64,000 bases of DNA from Octopus sinensis. Taxonomy: Eukaryota. Location: positions 74,338,001 to 74,402,000 of the forward strand of contig NC_043005.1 in the NCBI RefSeq assembly GCF_006345805.1, written 5' to 3'. The notes below the pieces were generated by a model. The model saw only the letters and a list, made by a program, of their open reading frames with translations. It was not told the origin of the DNA and did not search any database. How positions within the stretch are numbered: position 1 is the stretch's first letter; each line of letters opens with the position of its first letter. This document shows positions 41,441-55,229 of this stretch, piece after piece. Position numbers and translations under genes: made by a program.

Positions 41441-41748
41441 GATTGTTATTATTATTATGGCAGTGAGCTGGCAGAATCGTTGGTACGACGGGAAAATGCT
41501 CAATGGCATTTCGTCCGTCTTTACGTTCTGAGTTCCAAGACTGCCGAGGTTCATTTTGACTTTCATCCTTTCGGGGTCGATGAAATAAGTACCAGATACG
41601 CACTGGGGTCGATGTAATGAACTACCCCATCTCCCGAAATTTCAGGCTCTGTACCTATAATAGAAAGGATTCTTCTTCTTCTTCTTCTTCTTCTTCTTCT
41701 TCTTCTTCCTTCTCCTCCTCCTTCTTCTCATCATCATCATTATTATTA

Positions 41749-41791
<43 letters not shown>

Positions 41792-42129
41792 ATTGTTATT
41801 ATTATTATTATTAGAACGGCGAGCTGGTAGAACCATTATGCTTAGCGGTATTTCGTCTGCTGCTACGTTCCGATTTCAAATTCCGCCGACGTCGTCTTTG
41901 CCTTTCATCTTTTTGGGGTCGATAAAATAAATACCTTTTACGCACCGGGGTCGATGTAATCGACTAGCTACCTTCCCCACTAAAATTTTCAAGGCCTTCT
42001 GCCTTGAGTAGAAATAATAACGAGAATTATTATTATTATTATTATCTATGTTTGACTTTTGCTTTATATTGTACAAGTTGGCTCCAAGTCTCACCCAGAG
42101 ACCTCAAGAGACAACAGGGTTGGAAGTTC

Positions 42130-42229
42130 NNNNNNNNNNNNNNNNNNNNNNNNNNNNNNNNNNNNNNNNNNNNNNNNNNNNNNNNNNNNNNNNNNNNNNN
42201 NNNNNNNNNNNNNNNNNNNNNNNNNNNNN
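42130..42229. other. Assembly gap (100 N)
   Basis: Run of N. Adjacency across the gap is unverified. Confidence 0.99.
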
Positions 42230-42709
42230 TATATATATATATATATGGTAAATATATAATGTATACAATGCGCTTGGCTTAGATTTTCCTTTGGGGCTGG
42301 CCAGGTCGGAGCAATCTCAAGATTAATCAGCCGAAATTGCGAGGATGATCCGGTTCTTGACTGAAGATCGAAGGCTTCGAATGTCCCGTCCGTGTTTTTT
42401 GTATCGTCTTCTAAAGGTTTTACGTTCTTGTCCCGGTTTGTATTTTTTTACATATATACATGTATATATATATATAATATTATAATATATAGATATATAT
42501 ATATGTGTGTGTGTGTGTGTTGTATATATATGTATATATGTGTGTGCATGCATACATATGTTCAAACACACACACACATATATATGGTCACAGACGGTAA
42601 TAGTAAATATGGTAAATGAGTTTTACCTCTAACTAGAAGTTATTTCGATTCTTTATATTACATATCAGACTTTGTGTGTGTATGAACACCATGCATATAC
42701 ATATATGCA

Positions 42710-42789
<80 letters not shown>

Positions 42790-42819
42790 TATGGATATAT
42801 GTATATATATGTAAATATT

Positions 42820-42862
<43 letters not shown>

Positions 42863-43599
42863 GTATATGTATATGTATATATATATATACTGAGACAAAG
42901 AGGGAGAGAGGATGACAGTAAACAAGAGAGAGACAAGGAAATGGATATTGCTGAAACAGGTCAAGGTTAGACAAAATGTTTTAGCTCGTCTGGTTGGGTA
43001 CTTTTATATGCTTAATAGACAGGGAACAATTCAAACGAGCTTATCTCACGCCTATATAGGTTGCGCTTTTTCATATACAAAAACAAAAAAATCAATATGT
43101 GTGTGAGCACGCATGTCTGCGAGTGTGTGCCTGTACGTGTGTTCGGGCGTATGCGCATCTGTGTCTGAATATAAGCACTTTATTTTGTATATCTGTTCGT
43201 TTGGTGTGTTTACATGTTATTTCTTTATATTTTTACGCGTTCTAAATACCATAATGTCTACCCATTCGTACACATGTTTTGGTTTATAGAACCCGATGTA
43301 AAATCTATTAACCTAGTTGATATTGAATCTTTAATAAGTAGGCCCTTCTCTGCACGTTACTTACGCAGTAGTCAAAGTGACACGTGCCTTAACTGTTGGA
43401 TCCAGTTTCAAGATTTAGATAACATTTGAAATTATCCCCAGGAAATTTATTCCTAAAGTATTAATCCTGTTATATGTTTTCGCTAGTGGCTGGGGAAAAT
43501 ACTAAGGTGATGGACGCTTTCATTTTAGATATCATTTCATATTGCGTAATCAAATAGATTATTTCGATTCCATTTATTTTAATCGTTATTTTTCATCAG

Positions 43600-43895
43600 C
43601 AAATTTGTCAGTGATATATTCCCTTTCATTGTTTACGATTTCTTGTCAACGTCCCGCTAGTTTGTTAATTCGTTGGTGGCAGAAGCACCAGGATTTGATT
43701 CGAAGAATTTGTCGAGCCACGTTTTAGCTGCACGTACTTGTTGAACGAAACACCTTAGCTGTTGGAAACCGATCGAAAAGATGGAAATCTGAAAGCGTTA
43801 TACCAAGAGGATACAGTTGTTACGGAAGAACTTCCCAACTGAGCTTTTGGGTAGCATTTTTGGGTAAATTAGCGACGTTGGGGTGAGCGTTGTCG
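43600..43895 (-). pseudogene. Mariner transposase C-terminal remnant
   Basis: DNAHPNVAN, KLSWEVLP, LSDFHLFRS and LKTWLDKFFES (HDNARPH/YSPDLAP region), frameshifted. Confidence 0.75.
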
Positions 43896-44025
43896 AAAAT
43901 GCTTATTTATTATTATTATTTTTTCTTTTCGCCTTGGCATTCCATCATCATATGTCTGAAAAGAGGTGAAATTAATTCAAACTTCAAAACCGATAAACAA
44001 AAGCTGGCGAGGAAAACTAGAGCAA

Positions 44026-44090
<65 letters not shown>

Positions 44091-44489
44091 TAATAGATAA
44101 AGAACAAAATAAAACATTACGATATATATATATATATATTTTAGCTTAATTCAAATAATATTGAAAAGAGACGATTGAATTTATGATAACCCTATATAAA
44201 TGTGTGTTTCTATTCACAAAACAACAAATATTTTTCTACGTATTCCAATTCCAATTCACCTAACTCATTCAATGTACCTTTTCCATCAACGGAAAAAAGA
44301 CAGAGTTCGATCTCAGATCATAAAACGGTGATTCTAAGTATCCTAAGGCATTCAAAGTTGTGTACGATCATTATGGTTATTGTCTTAGCGCCCTTTGAAT
44401 TACAGGTCTTCCACGCAGTTTCCGTCAGTGCAATCATATTGATTTCATATTTTAGAATAAGGGCAGCAATGTTTCGAGGAGTAGGTAAC

Positions 44490-45250
44490 TCGATTATATC
44501 GATCCAAGTGCTCAAGTGGTTCTTATTTTATCGATCCCAGTGCCTAACTGGTGTTATTTTATCGACACTGAAAGGATGAAAGGCGAAGTCGACCTCGACG
44601 GAATTTGGAACTCAGAACGTAAAGATGAATGAAATGCCGCTAAGCATTTCGCCCGGCGTGCTAACGATTCTTATTTCTTTATTGCCCACAAGGGGATAAA
44701 CATAGAGGGGACAAACAAGGACGGGCAAAGGGATTAAGTCGATTACATCGACCTCAGTGCGTAACTGGCACTTAATTTATCGACCCCCAAAAGGATGAAA
44801 GGCAAGGTCGACGTCAGCGGAATTTGAACTCAGAATGTAAAGACAGACGAAATACATATTTCTTTACTACCCACAAGGGGCTAAACACAGAGGGGACAAA
44901 CAAGGACAGACAAAAGGATTAAGTCGATTTCATCGACACCAGTGCGTAACTGGTACTTAATTTATCGACCTCGAAAGGATGAAAGGCAAAGTCGACCTCG
45001 GTGGAATTTGAACTCAGAACGTAACGGCAGACGAAATACCTATTTCTATTTCTTTACTACCCACAATGGGCTAAACACAGAGGGGACAAACAAGGACAGA
45101 CAAACGGATTAAGTCGATTATATCGACCCCAGTGCGTAACTGATACTTAATTTATCGACCCCGAAAGGATGAAAGGCAAAGTCGACCTCGGCGGAATTTG
45201 AACTCAGAACGTAGCGGCAGGCGAAATACAGCTACGCATTTCGCACGACG
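44490..45250 (-). mobile_element. Head-to-tail tetramer of SINE family B (~185-bp units)
   Basis: Junctions at 45039/45040, 44855/44856 and 44670/44671. Confidence 0.88.
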
Positions 45251-46346
45251 CAGTTATAATTGATAAGTAGACCGAGATAACCGAGAGAAATATATTTACA
45301 CACGCTGCCATTTAATAACATCGACCACAGACAACGACTACTAAGTGCAATTCCTAGTCAATTGGTCATTCCAGTGCCATTCCTATGTATAACACACACG
45401 CACGCATGCATACATAAATGAGCACACACACACACACACACATAACACAGACATGGACACGCACACAGTCACACACATCATACACACGCACGCTTTCTCT
45501 TTACCTCCCCTCTCTTTACACCCACTTTCTCTTTCACGCACATACGCGCGCAGGCACACATACATATGCGTGAGGGTACGTACACACACACACACACACG
45601 TGCACACGTACTCATATTTATAGTAGATAGGGAGTTCATAGGTGGATAGGGAATAGTAAAAAAAGGATGCCTAGTCATAAATACATACATACGTACGTAC
45701 ATGCATACATACATACATACATACACGCACACATATAAATGTGTATGCTTTAAGTGTAATATAATATTCACTCTGGGAATTATTATGAAATATGTTTCCT
45801 TAATATAACATTATTATTATATGTAGTTCCTAATTTATGAACACAATTTCGGAATCCGAGGGCTCAAGAAAAATATATAAAGAAAAACAAAAATAAATCA
45901 GCGTAGTTCCAAAGAAAAGATATGTCTCTCATTCACGAAAATCCAAGGAAGGTTTAATTGTGCCAACTCACCTAATGATTCTCGAGTTTTGGCAAAAGAG
46001 TAAGTCGATTACACAGTACGCCATTAATAAATTTCTATAAACCAAAATTCTAAGAAAGAGAAATAAAGAACTAAAATGGAAATGTTTCTTTTTCTTTTAA
46101 TTCAAATCGCTTTTTATAATTTTCGGTAAAAATGGAAATTAAAATTCTAATGCAATAACGGAATCCAATTTTTAAAAATTAAATCTCGTTTCATGTCTCG
46201 GGTTCAGATTTTCTTTCTCGAATCCCAATTTCTGTCTATAAAAGAGAAAGATTAGTTTCATCAATTCGAAATTTAAGACATTAAAGAAAATGCCAAAAAA
46301 AAAAATAGTAATAGAAGTAATAAGACCTCAATTGAAACTTCTCCGT

Positions 46347-46390
<44 letters not shown>

Positions 46391-46858
46391 ATGTATGTGT
46401 GTGTCTATATACATGTGTGTAGAGATATGTTATGGTATACTATTGGTTTGTATTACGTATGCGTGAAAATGTTTGAATGTTCGTATGTGAATGTTTGCGT
46501 GCGTGCGTACGTGTAAGTTTGCATTTGTGTCTGACAATAATACTGTGTACTAGTTACATAAAGATGTACAGTGTACTATCTAAAATAATATCAAATAACA
46601 ATTTACATAAATACGTCATACAAAATCGTTTAAAATGTATTTCTACACATGTGCATATGTACAAGCGTGTGTATGCGTGTGTAAGTGCATGTGTATACGT
46701 AACTGCAAAATTCTTCTTGGCCGACATATTTGTATGAGCTGACATATACTGTCATTAGTATATGAGTGATCAGAATAAGACTCCAGACTCAATGACACTA
46801 AGGAAATTACCAAGACGACTTAGAAATTCTTCAACTCACCATTGCAAATTTATATATA

Positions 46859-46894
<36 letters not shown>

Positions 46895-46921
46895 TGTATG
46901 TATGTATGTATGTATATGTAT

Positions 46922-46973
<52 letters not shown>

Positions 46974-47390
46974 TCCATGCTTGTACAGCTCATTCATCGA
47001 TATGACAGATTCATGAACACAACTCGGGTCCAGTACTAATCAATAATAATTACCGATCTTTCGGTTGATTGACACGCACTATCAATATAAAAGGGTTAGT
47101 TTTTTTCTTTATCAAGTGAACTATTGGATTTCTCAAGCATGCTACACAAATGAACTTGTTTGTTATAGCTGTCGTTCTTCTCTCAAAATTAATAAACTGG
47201 TAACTTGATTCATTACAAGCAAACAAGTGATTAAATTTCAACCATCATTTGTCTCCAAATTTCGGTTCGCTTTCTCCTGATCGATTTCAGAGACACAACA
47301 GAGAATGCTGAAATAAATTTTAATTAGAATGCGTCTGTTTTCTGATCGGTTTGAAGAATATCGTTCCTAATTCAATTTTGATTATTTCTT

Positions 47391-47593
47391 TCTTTTACTT
47401 TCTTTTATTTGTTTCAGTCATTTGACCGCGGTCATGGTGGAGCACCGCCTTTAGTCGAGTAAATCGACCCCAGAACTTATTCTTTCTAAGCTTAGTACTT
47501 ATTTTACGAGGACGTAAACACACCAGCATCGTTTGTCAAGCGAAGTTTGGGAGGACGAAGTTGTCAAGCGAAGTTTGGGAGGACAAACACACA

Positions 47594-47628
<35 letters not shown>

Positions 47629-47668
47629 GACAAGCTTCTTTCAGTTTCCGTCTACAAATCCACTCATT
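47391..47668 (-). mobile_element. SINE family A, partial
   Basis: Tail and body are present, with an internal duplication of ttgtcaagcgaagtttgggaggac. Confidence 0.75.
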
Positions 47669-47774
47669 GCATCTCTACCTATTTTTGCCTCCTAAATGTT
47701 GATGTAGCCTTTATTCTTTTCCTATTTTAGTAGGTTTTAGACTTCATCTGTTGATTGAGCTTTATATATGTACA

Positions 47775-47953
47775 GATATGAATGCATACATACATTCATG
47801 CATGTATGTATTCATATATGCATGCATTCATCCATGCAAACATACATATATGCATACATACAAACATGCATAGGTGCATGCATGCAGACATACATACATA
47901 CAAACAAACATAGATACATGCATACACACATAGATACATAGATACATGTATAT

Positions 47954-48002
<49 letters not shown>

Positions 48003-48340
48003 GCGTACATATAAGCAGACATACATACACATATGTAGGCATACATACATGTAGACATACATACATAACTACATGCATACATAAATGTATATAATCATGC
48101 ATGTAGACATACATGCATATATACAAACATGCATAGATATATGCACACACATACATACATGCAGACATACATCCATGCATGTAGACATACAAACATACCT
48201 ACACGCATACATTCATACATACATGCCTACATACATACATACATACATACATACATACATACATACATACATACATACATACATACATACATACATACAT
48301 ACATGTATACATGCAGGCATTCATACATATATATATATAT
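47775..48340. repeat. Degenerate (CATA)n array
   Basis: Seen directly. Confidence 0.9.
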
Positions 48341-48367
48341 AAACTCACATGCACACATATATAGGCA

Positions 48368-48757
48368 TACTCTTTTACTTGTTTCAGTCATTTGACTGCG
48401 GCCATGCTGGAGCACCGCCTTTAATCGAGCAACTCGACCGCGGGACTTATTCTTTTGTAAGCCCAGTACTTATTCTATCGGTCTCTTTTGCCGAACCGCT
48501 AAGTAACGGGGACATAAACACACCAGCATCGGTTGTCAAGCAATGCTAGGGGGACAAACACAGACACACGCATATATATATATACATATATACGACGGGC
48601 TTCTTTCAGTTTCCATCTACCAAATCCACTCACAAGGCTTTGGTCGGCCCGAGGCTGTAGTAGAAGACACTTCCCCAAGGTGCCACGCAGTGAGACTGAA
48701 CCCGGAACCATGTGGTTGGTAAGCAAGCTACTTACCACACATCCACTCCTGCGCCTA
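48368..48757 (-). mobile_element. SINE family A, full length
   Basis: Close to the consensus from tail to head. Confidence 0.9.
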
Positions 48758-49308
48758 TATAGAAAAAACGGACAAATAATCAATAAGAGATGTAAGGAAT
48801 GTATTCATATGAAAACCTACATATGCAATATGCCTGATGTAAGCTAGTAATTCGTATGTACAATGTTTCCTTTAAATTATTCCTTTAATCTGATATTCTT
48901 TGTTCATAATTCTTCTTTCATATACATTCCGCTTCTATCGGCTGCTTTACCCTGATGACAAAATTGGAGTTTAAGAATCTGCTCCCACTGAGCACTATTT
49001 GGTGGTTATCTATCTCACGCTTGCACTAGAATTTTATCACCAATTATGAGTGTGTATGTGTGTGTGTGACTATCTGTCTGTCTGTGTGTCTGTGTGTGTC
49101 TGTGTGCTCGTAGACCATAAATTTTTGTCTATGAAATGCATCAACTCAACCAAATGTCTCATTTGTTTGACAAGCTCTTACTGAACGAAGCATATGTTCA
49201 TGTGTAAAAAGTAATTTTAATGTAACACATGTGTACATGTTTATATATGTGTAAATATATGGGTGTATAATTATGCATATGTGTATATAGTAATCTAAGA
49301 ATATGTAA

Positions 49309-49347
<39 letters not shown>

Positions 49348-50449
49348 ATCCATACACTCACACACACGCACACAATATGCATACGTAACTGAAAGCCTGC
49401 ACAAATAGGAAACCATGCTAGTTCTTTCTGAAGGACCCCAAAAAAGCACATATATGGAATTAAATTCCTTTTAAAACAACTATAATTAATTACCAGGTTT
49501 ACGATTTGTGCCGCTGCTCTTGTTGTCAATTGCATGTCATTGTAATAACTGTTTCAAAAAGATAGTAACGTTTAAATGGAAAAGAACGCGATAAATGTAA
49601 AATTTAAATAAGCATGAAATTAAATTGATAATTAATTCCAGACGCAGTTGATGTGCGATGTGTCGGCATTTGATAAAGTTAAAAACATGCATTAAATATA
49701 AAATAAAATGGTGAAATAAAATTAATGAATGATCGCATTACTGTTGAGATAAGAATTCTAGTATCACGAAGTGAATTATAGTATAAAGCATTACTCCGAG
49801 AGTCAGTAATTGTATAGAGAGTTAAAACTGAGAGAATCTGAATGCTTCGTTCTTTGTACTTGATTTTAGCCCATTATTCGAGCTGTACTGTGACTCTGTT
49901 TACGATACCTAATTCCTAATTGATCTATCAGCTTGACTGTAAAATCGTTTCTAATTATGGCATAAATTCAGCAATTTCAAGCCGAATATATCAACACCAG
50001 TGTTCAAATGAAATGGTACTTATTTTATCAGTCCCGAAATGACGAAAGGCAAAGTCGACTTTGGCGGAATTTAAACCCAAAATGTAAAGAGTCAGAGGAA
50101 ATGCCGCTAAGCATTTCGTCCGACTCGCTACCATATCTACCAGCTCGCTGCTTTAACCAAACTGTAAAACAAACGATAAAAAGAATTGTAGGCGACAAAT
50201 ATGAATAACAAGAACACTAATCAATCTTTGAGCAGGGGTGTCGAGATCAACTGTTCATACTCTGTAACTGATAAATATAACAAAGTATGCATTGATGGTC
50301 ATAACGCTCAATTCGTCAATGACGTAGTCCACCAACAGAAAATAAGTACAACATACTACTCTGATAGGTACAACAGGCTGCTCTGACAGGTACAGTACGC
50401 TACTCTCAAGTATCCACGACCTTGAGAAAATTGCCCTGGGCTTTGTTAG

Positions 50450-50486
50450 ACTGCAGTACTGAGTGACAATGCTATTTTGCAGTTTG
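50450..50486 (+). CDS. Candidate 37-nt upstream exon of the LDLa gene
   Basis: ctttgttag| acceptor and G|GTAAGC donor. Reads TAVLSDNAILQF and ends in phase 1, matching the phase-1 start of the 51087 exon. No homology support. Confidence 0.25.
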
Positions 50487-51086
50487 GTAAGCTGTATATT
50501 AGGATAATTGACATTCGCCCGTATAATAGTTTTGGAAATGGGAGAGAGGCATCAACTTAGTGGATTCTGAAGGATTACATAAAATGTAACAGATAAGAGA
50601 GAAAAAAAAAAAAAAAAAAAAAAAAAACATGAAATGATCTTTGTGTAGCTTAGGACTAAGACCCATGAAATATCGAAGATTCTTCTGTGGCGGGCAAGAC
50701 ATATATAAGCAAGATAGCTACTGACCCTTTGTGAGCACTAATTTGAGTAAATAAAACGTGTCTAGTCGTTTTGTTCTAAAATTTTGTACGATCGTCTGGA
50801 TAAAGACAGATGTCTTGTTCGATTTTCTTTGGCAGATTCTTTTGTCTGGAATTCGCACTTTATAAGGTGTAAAATTCAATTTAATGTTTATAATCGAAAA
50901 ACAATTTTTCTCTACCATCTTCTACTAACGCTAATATGTTGCAGGTCTTTTCACAAGCATAATGGCGATAAGAATTTCTGAAAAAAATTGTTGAATGTTA
51001 AAAGATAAAACATAAAATGAACCTTTGAAAATAAAAAGAGAGAAAACCGTATAAACGAAATTTCTTTATTTCTACTTTATTTACAG

Positions 51087-51244
51087 CATGCAAAAAGATA
51101 GATTCCAGTTTTCGACTTGCTTGTCCGGTATATAACGAAAATGAAGAAACAACATGCATTGATGATACACAGTTATGTGATGGTATGTCCGACTGTCCGA
51201 ATGGAGACGATGAAAATAAAACTGTATGTATGTTCTATACGATG
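51087..51244 (+). CDS. jeb: Internal coding exon encoding an LDLa module, jelly belly/HEN-1-like secreted ligand
   Basis: Polypyrimidine acceptor (tttctttatttctactttatttacag|) and GTAAGT donor. The 158-nt exon is open and translates to CKKIDSSFRLACPVYNENEETTCIDDTQLCDGMSDCPNGDDENKTVCMFYTM, with six Cys and an acidic LDLa Ca-cage. The ACP..CIDD..LCDG..DCPNG.DE....CMFY pattern is what I recall for Jeb. LDLa identity is strong; jeb orthology is from memory and needs BLAST. Confidence 0.7.
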
Positions 51245-51319
51245 GTAAGTGAGCAAATAATTTTTATTATTTTATAATAGCAATATTTGAATGTTTCATT
51301 CTGTCTCCGCTTTTTATAG

Positions 51320-52130
51320 ATATTTAATCTGCCGGAGCTCGATCTGCCATCATCACCTTGTCTTTTCGAGCTTTTATAGGAGTCCACTGTTTTGCAAGCA
51401 ACTGGTCCCAGACTTTGTCTGAGAACAGCCCAAATCAGAGGAAGTTAAAAGAACAAAGTAATCCAGCTGGATTCTTTTGTCATGTTTTATACACCAGCAT
51501 GACTAAAACCAGGAATTTCTTATTTCTTGTAAGGCACCACTTCCCCAAAACACACAAAAGTGCTCTTTAATGAACGCTATGTTAAGATTAGATATGCTTT
51601 CCTAGACAATATCGTTTCGACCGTCAAGCACTGCAATCAGAAAACACGCCTACAGATCTCCCATCCGACAGTCGAAATCGCTTCTTCACTCAATAAGTAA
51701 TCTATTGAGCATCAGTTGCTCTCAGAAGAAAGATCGGTTTCACCATTAACAACTTCAAAGAACGTTACAATCAACATTTGTGTTCCTTAAGGTCCTTGTA
51801 CAGGGAAAACCCTACTTTTATGTCCCGATTTATTTGGAGATACTGGAAAAATTAGCCAGTAATAAATTGGAAAATGATTGACAAAACTACTCCATAGTCT
51901 AATGGATTGAGTAAACATAGACTTCACCAATTTGAAGAATTTCAGATGTTGAAGATCATCGTTTTGTTGCATAGACCAATACGATCTTACTCTGCTAACA
52001 ACCAATAACGAACAGTTTTACTAAAGAATTACGGATAAATTTCCATGAAACGCATCTGAAAGTTTACAGGATATGGATCACGTGTGAGCATATGAAAGTC
52101 TGAATACACACGCAGCAGGGAATCTTGCAC
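51320..52130 (-). pseudogene. Possible IS630-Tc1-mariner (DD37D/maT-like) remnant
   Basis: LNPLDYGV at ~51890-51911 and a KARK..MAD fragment near 51350-51390. The motifs are out of expected order and heavily decayed. Confidence 0.25.
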
Positions 52131-52550
52131 TGTATTAATGATATATTTTCCCGTGTGCAAAGAGAATAACAGAACGTATGCACATTTGTTTAATTTACAC
52201 GACGTGGGCGTTACAAACTGCATTCTAACTACATTAACTATCTTTATTTCTCTCTCTCTTTCTTTCCCTCTCATTTTACATGTGTGTGTATGTGTGCATA
52301 TGTGTCCATGTGTGTGATAGTCATGCAAGCTTAAGTAGACGACAATATACATAGATATATATATATATAAATATATAAATATATGTATATATATATATAT
52401 ATATACATATATATGAATATATATAATTTTTTACACACACACATGTGTGTATATCTATCTATATTTCTCTTTCCCATTTATATATAGATGTATATATATG
52501 AATATATATATATGTATATATACCTATATACATACATATATATATATATA

Positions 52551-52581
<31 letters not shown>

Positions 52582-52594
52582 AATATATATATAT

Positions 52595-52627
<33 letters not shown>

Positions 52628-52657
52628 TAATATATATATATATATATTATATATAGT

Positions 52658-53043
52658 GGAGGCGCAATGGCCCAGTAGTGGTTAGGGCAGCGGACTCGCA
52701 GTCATAGGATCGCGGTTTCGATTCTCAGACCGGGCATTGTGAGTGTTTATTGAGTGAAAACACCTAAAGCTCCACGACGCTCAGGCAGGGGCGGGGGGTA
52801 GCAAACCCTGATGTATTCTTTAGCATAACTTTCTCTCACTCTTTCTTACTATTGCTGTTTCTGTTGCATTCCAAAGGGCCGGTCTTGTCACACGCTGTGT
52901 CCCGCTGATCCTCCCCGAGAACTACGTTACGGGTACACGTGTCTGTGGAGTGCTCAGCCACTTGCACGTTAATTTCACGAGCAGGCTGTTCCGTTGGCTG
53001 GATCAACTGAAACCTTCGTCGTCGTAACCGACGGAGTGCCACA
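52658..53043 (+). mobile_element. SINE family C, tail type 3
   Basis: Family C head and body followed by a distinct ~190-bp tail ending gacggagtgccaca. Confidence 0.82.
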
Positions 53044-53701
53044 ATATGTATATATATATTATATATAATATATATTATATATATATATTATATAAGTATA
53101 TATATAATATATATTATATATTATATATATATATATATAAGTATATATATATATAAAAGTATATATATATACACATATTATACATTCTTACATTCATATA
53201 TATAAAACATACCTACATATATATATATAAATGTGTGCTTGTGCGTGTACGTGTATGTGTGTGCGTGTGTGTGCGAGTGTGTGCGCGGATGTGTGTGTGT
53301 GTGTGCATGTGTGTAGTGTGAATGGTTTGTTTAGTATAATAGGTTCCGATTTGGTCTCTTCAGTGTGACTAAAAGAATGGTATTAAATTCCATCATTTCG
53401 AGCAACATGCGGTAAAAATTCATCTGCACCGGAAATTGTCATTACAGAAGTAAATTTGTACAAATGTAGCTGGCTGTGACGGTTGACACCTTGTACTTGC
53501 AACGATCTTTCATATTGTGTTGTGAAATAAAAGAGCAAAAACAAATGAAGTAAAATTCTCCTGCAACATTAGTCCTAAGTACACTTAAATAAGAACCTGG
53601 AAGGAATTAGCGTATATTTTACTGACATTCAATCGTCTGACAATACGAATGATGATGATGATGATGATGATGCAGTGGTGATGGTGGTAGGGATGATGAT
53701 A

Positions 53702-53737
<36 letters not shown>

Positions 53738-54499
53738 GTGATGATGGTGATGATGATGATGACGATGATGATGATGATGATTTCTTTTATTTGTCCCAGG
53801 AGCGAATAATATGTGAGACCATTATTACGAGAACATACAAACTTCTTATCAGTGTTCAAATGTGCATTAGGTATATTCGAACTCGTAAGAAAGCTATTCA
53901 CTCTATTTTTGTTATGAAAAAAATTTCGCCCCGTAAGCAAATAGGCCATGTCAGCTCACAGCGGCCCCTAACCAAACTATGGGATGCATGCATTCCGGAA
54001 TGGCTATCTCGCCTTCAGTCACAGATACCGGAAAGACTCATGCTGCGAACTGATGAGAGAGACAGGTTCCTCTTATGATATTCTCTCCATTGTTCAATGT
54101 AAGCTAATTCGGTGTATCTACACCCGTTTAACAACAGCGAGAAATTTTCTCCATGGCAAAATACAGCGAATGACTTTCCTACGGGTTCAAATGTGCCTTA
54201 GGCATTTTTGAAATGGTAACAATTTTTATTTATACACATCATTGCTTAGCACTGTCATCCTGCATTACAAGAACAGTTTAGAATTTGTGTGGGTGTTTAC
54301 CTAAAACATATGAAGGAATGAAAGGGAAATGAAATTGAGGATGTGGGTAAAAAATACACTTTGTGTACAAACAATGTGAACACGTGGATGATGCAGTTCT
54401 GGTACAGGAGTGCCTCATATTAGCACCAATGAAGGACCCCTCCGATTTTAGATCACCCTGACCTACAAGTACCTATGTCCTCGCCTAATTGTTATTCAT

Positions 54500-54860
54500 C
54501 AGTCTACAGGTGCATGCTTAGAGTATTTGTCTTCACACTAACCATTTTTACCCCAGTCACTCTGCTTCTGGAGAATTCGCTTGGTTTAAGCATTTCTCTC
54601 TCCAGCCTCTCTTTCCTTTCCAAGTGGAAGTTAAAAAGTCGATGAAGGCTTGACCGAAGAGGAAGGTGTCTTTCCTCAACTCTTTCAGCCACGTCCACCA
54701 CTCAAAATTTTTCCCCATAGCCACTAGACAGAGGAACACTGCCTAACCAGCCTTGCTAAAAGCGGCTGGTGGGGAGATGCCCACGACGGACTCGGCCTGT
54801 ATCCGGATCGGTCCTACACGCGGCCACAGTCGTTCGACATAAATCCACAAGTCATTGGAA
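54500..54860 (-). pseudogene. Tx1/L1-like LINE ORF2 C-terminal fragment (copy 1)
   Basis: IRIQAESVVGISPP..AVFLCLVAMGK..WW..DTFLFGQAFIDF. Homologous to 55230-55545. Confidence 0.55.
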
Positions 54861-55229
54861 CTCGAACACTACACAAGAGTTCGTGTAGTACGCTTTCGTC
54901 GCTCTGCAAGCCTCACGGCCACTCATGAGTGGCCGCACTTATGTGCTTGTAGTGCTCCCTCAAAGGTGACGAAGAGGAGTTATTAGGAAAATATGTTACA
55001 AAAATATGTTCGGCTTGCATAAAAATAGAATAAAGCGATAAGAAGAAGGTGATAATATATACAGTATACACATATATAAAAATAATTTTAATAAAATGCC
55101 TGCCATCTAGCTCCAATCAAGAAACTCCTCAAATCTAATTGTACCCTGACTTCCACAAACGAGCTCGTTCTTCCATTTGCATTCCTCGGATTACCATGGA
55201 TTACCATTAGAGCAGGGCCATTCATCCAG

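Noticed and set aside
42361-42390. CUGAAGA-UCGAAGGCUUC-GAAUGUC hammerhead
   Set aside because: GAAA is incomplete, and there is no stem III or stem I.
44490-45250. CRISPR-like or satellite array
   Set aside because: The units are whole SINE B bodies with no unique spacers, in a eukaryotic context.
50201-50386. 61-aa ORF as an upstream exon of the LDLa gene
   Set aside because: The acceptor is weak and the nearest donor gives phase 2, incompatible with the phase-1 LDLa exon.
53335-53370. CUGAAGA-GACC..GG motif on minus
   Set aside because: GAAA, the triplet and stem I are all missing.
54050-54080. CUGAUGA-GAGAG..CUCUU hammerhead
   Set aside because: It is followed by AUGA rather than GAAA, with no stem III.
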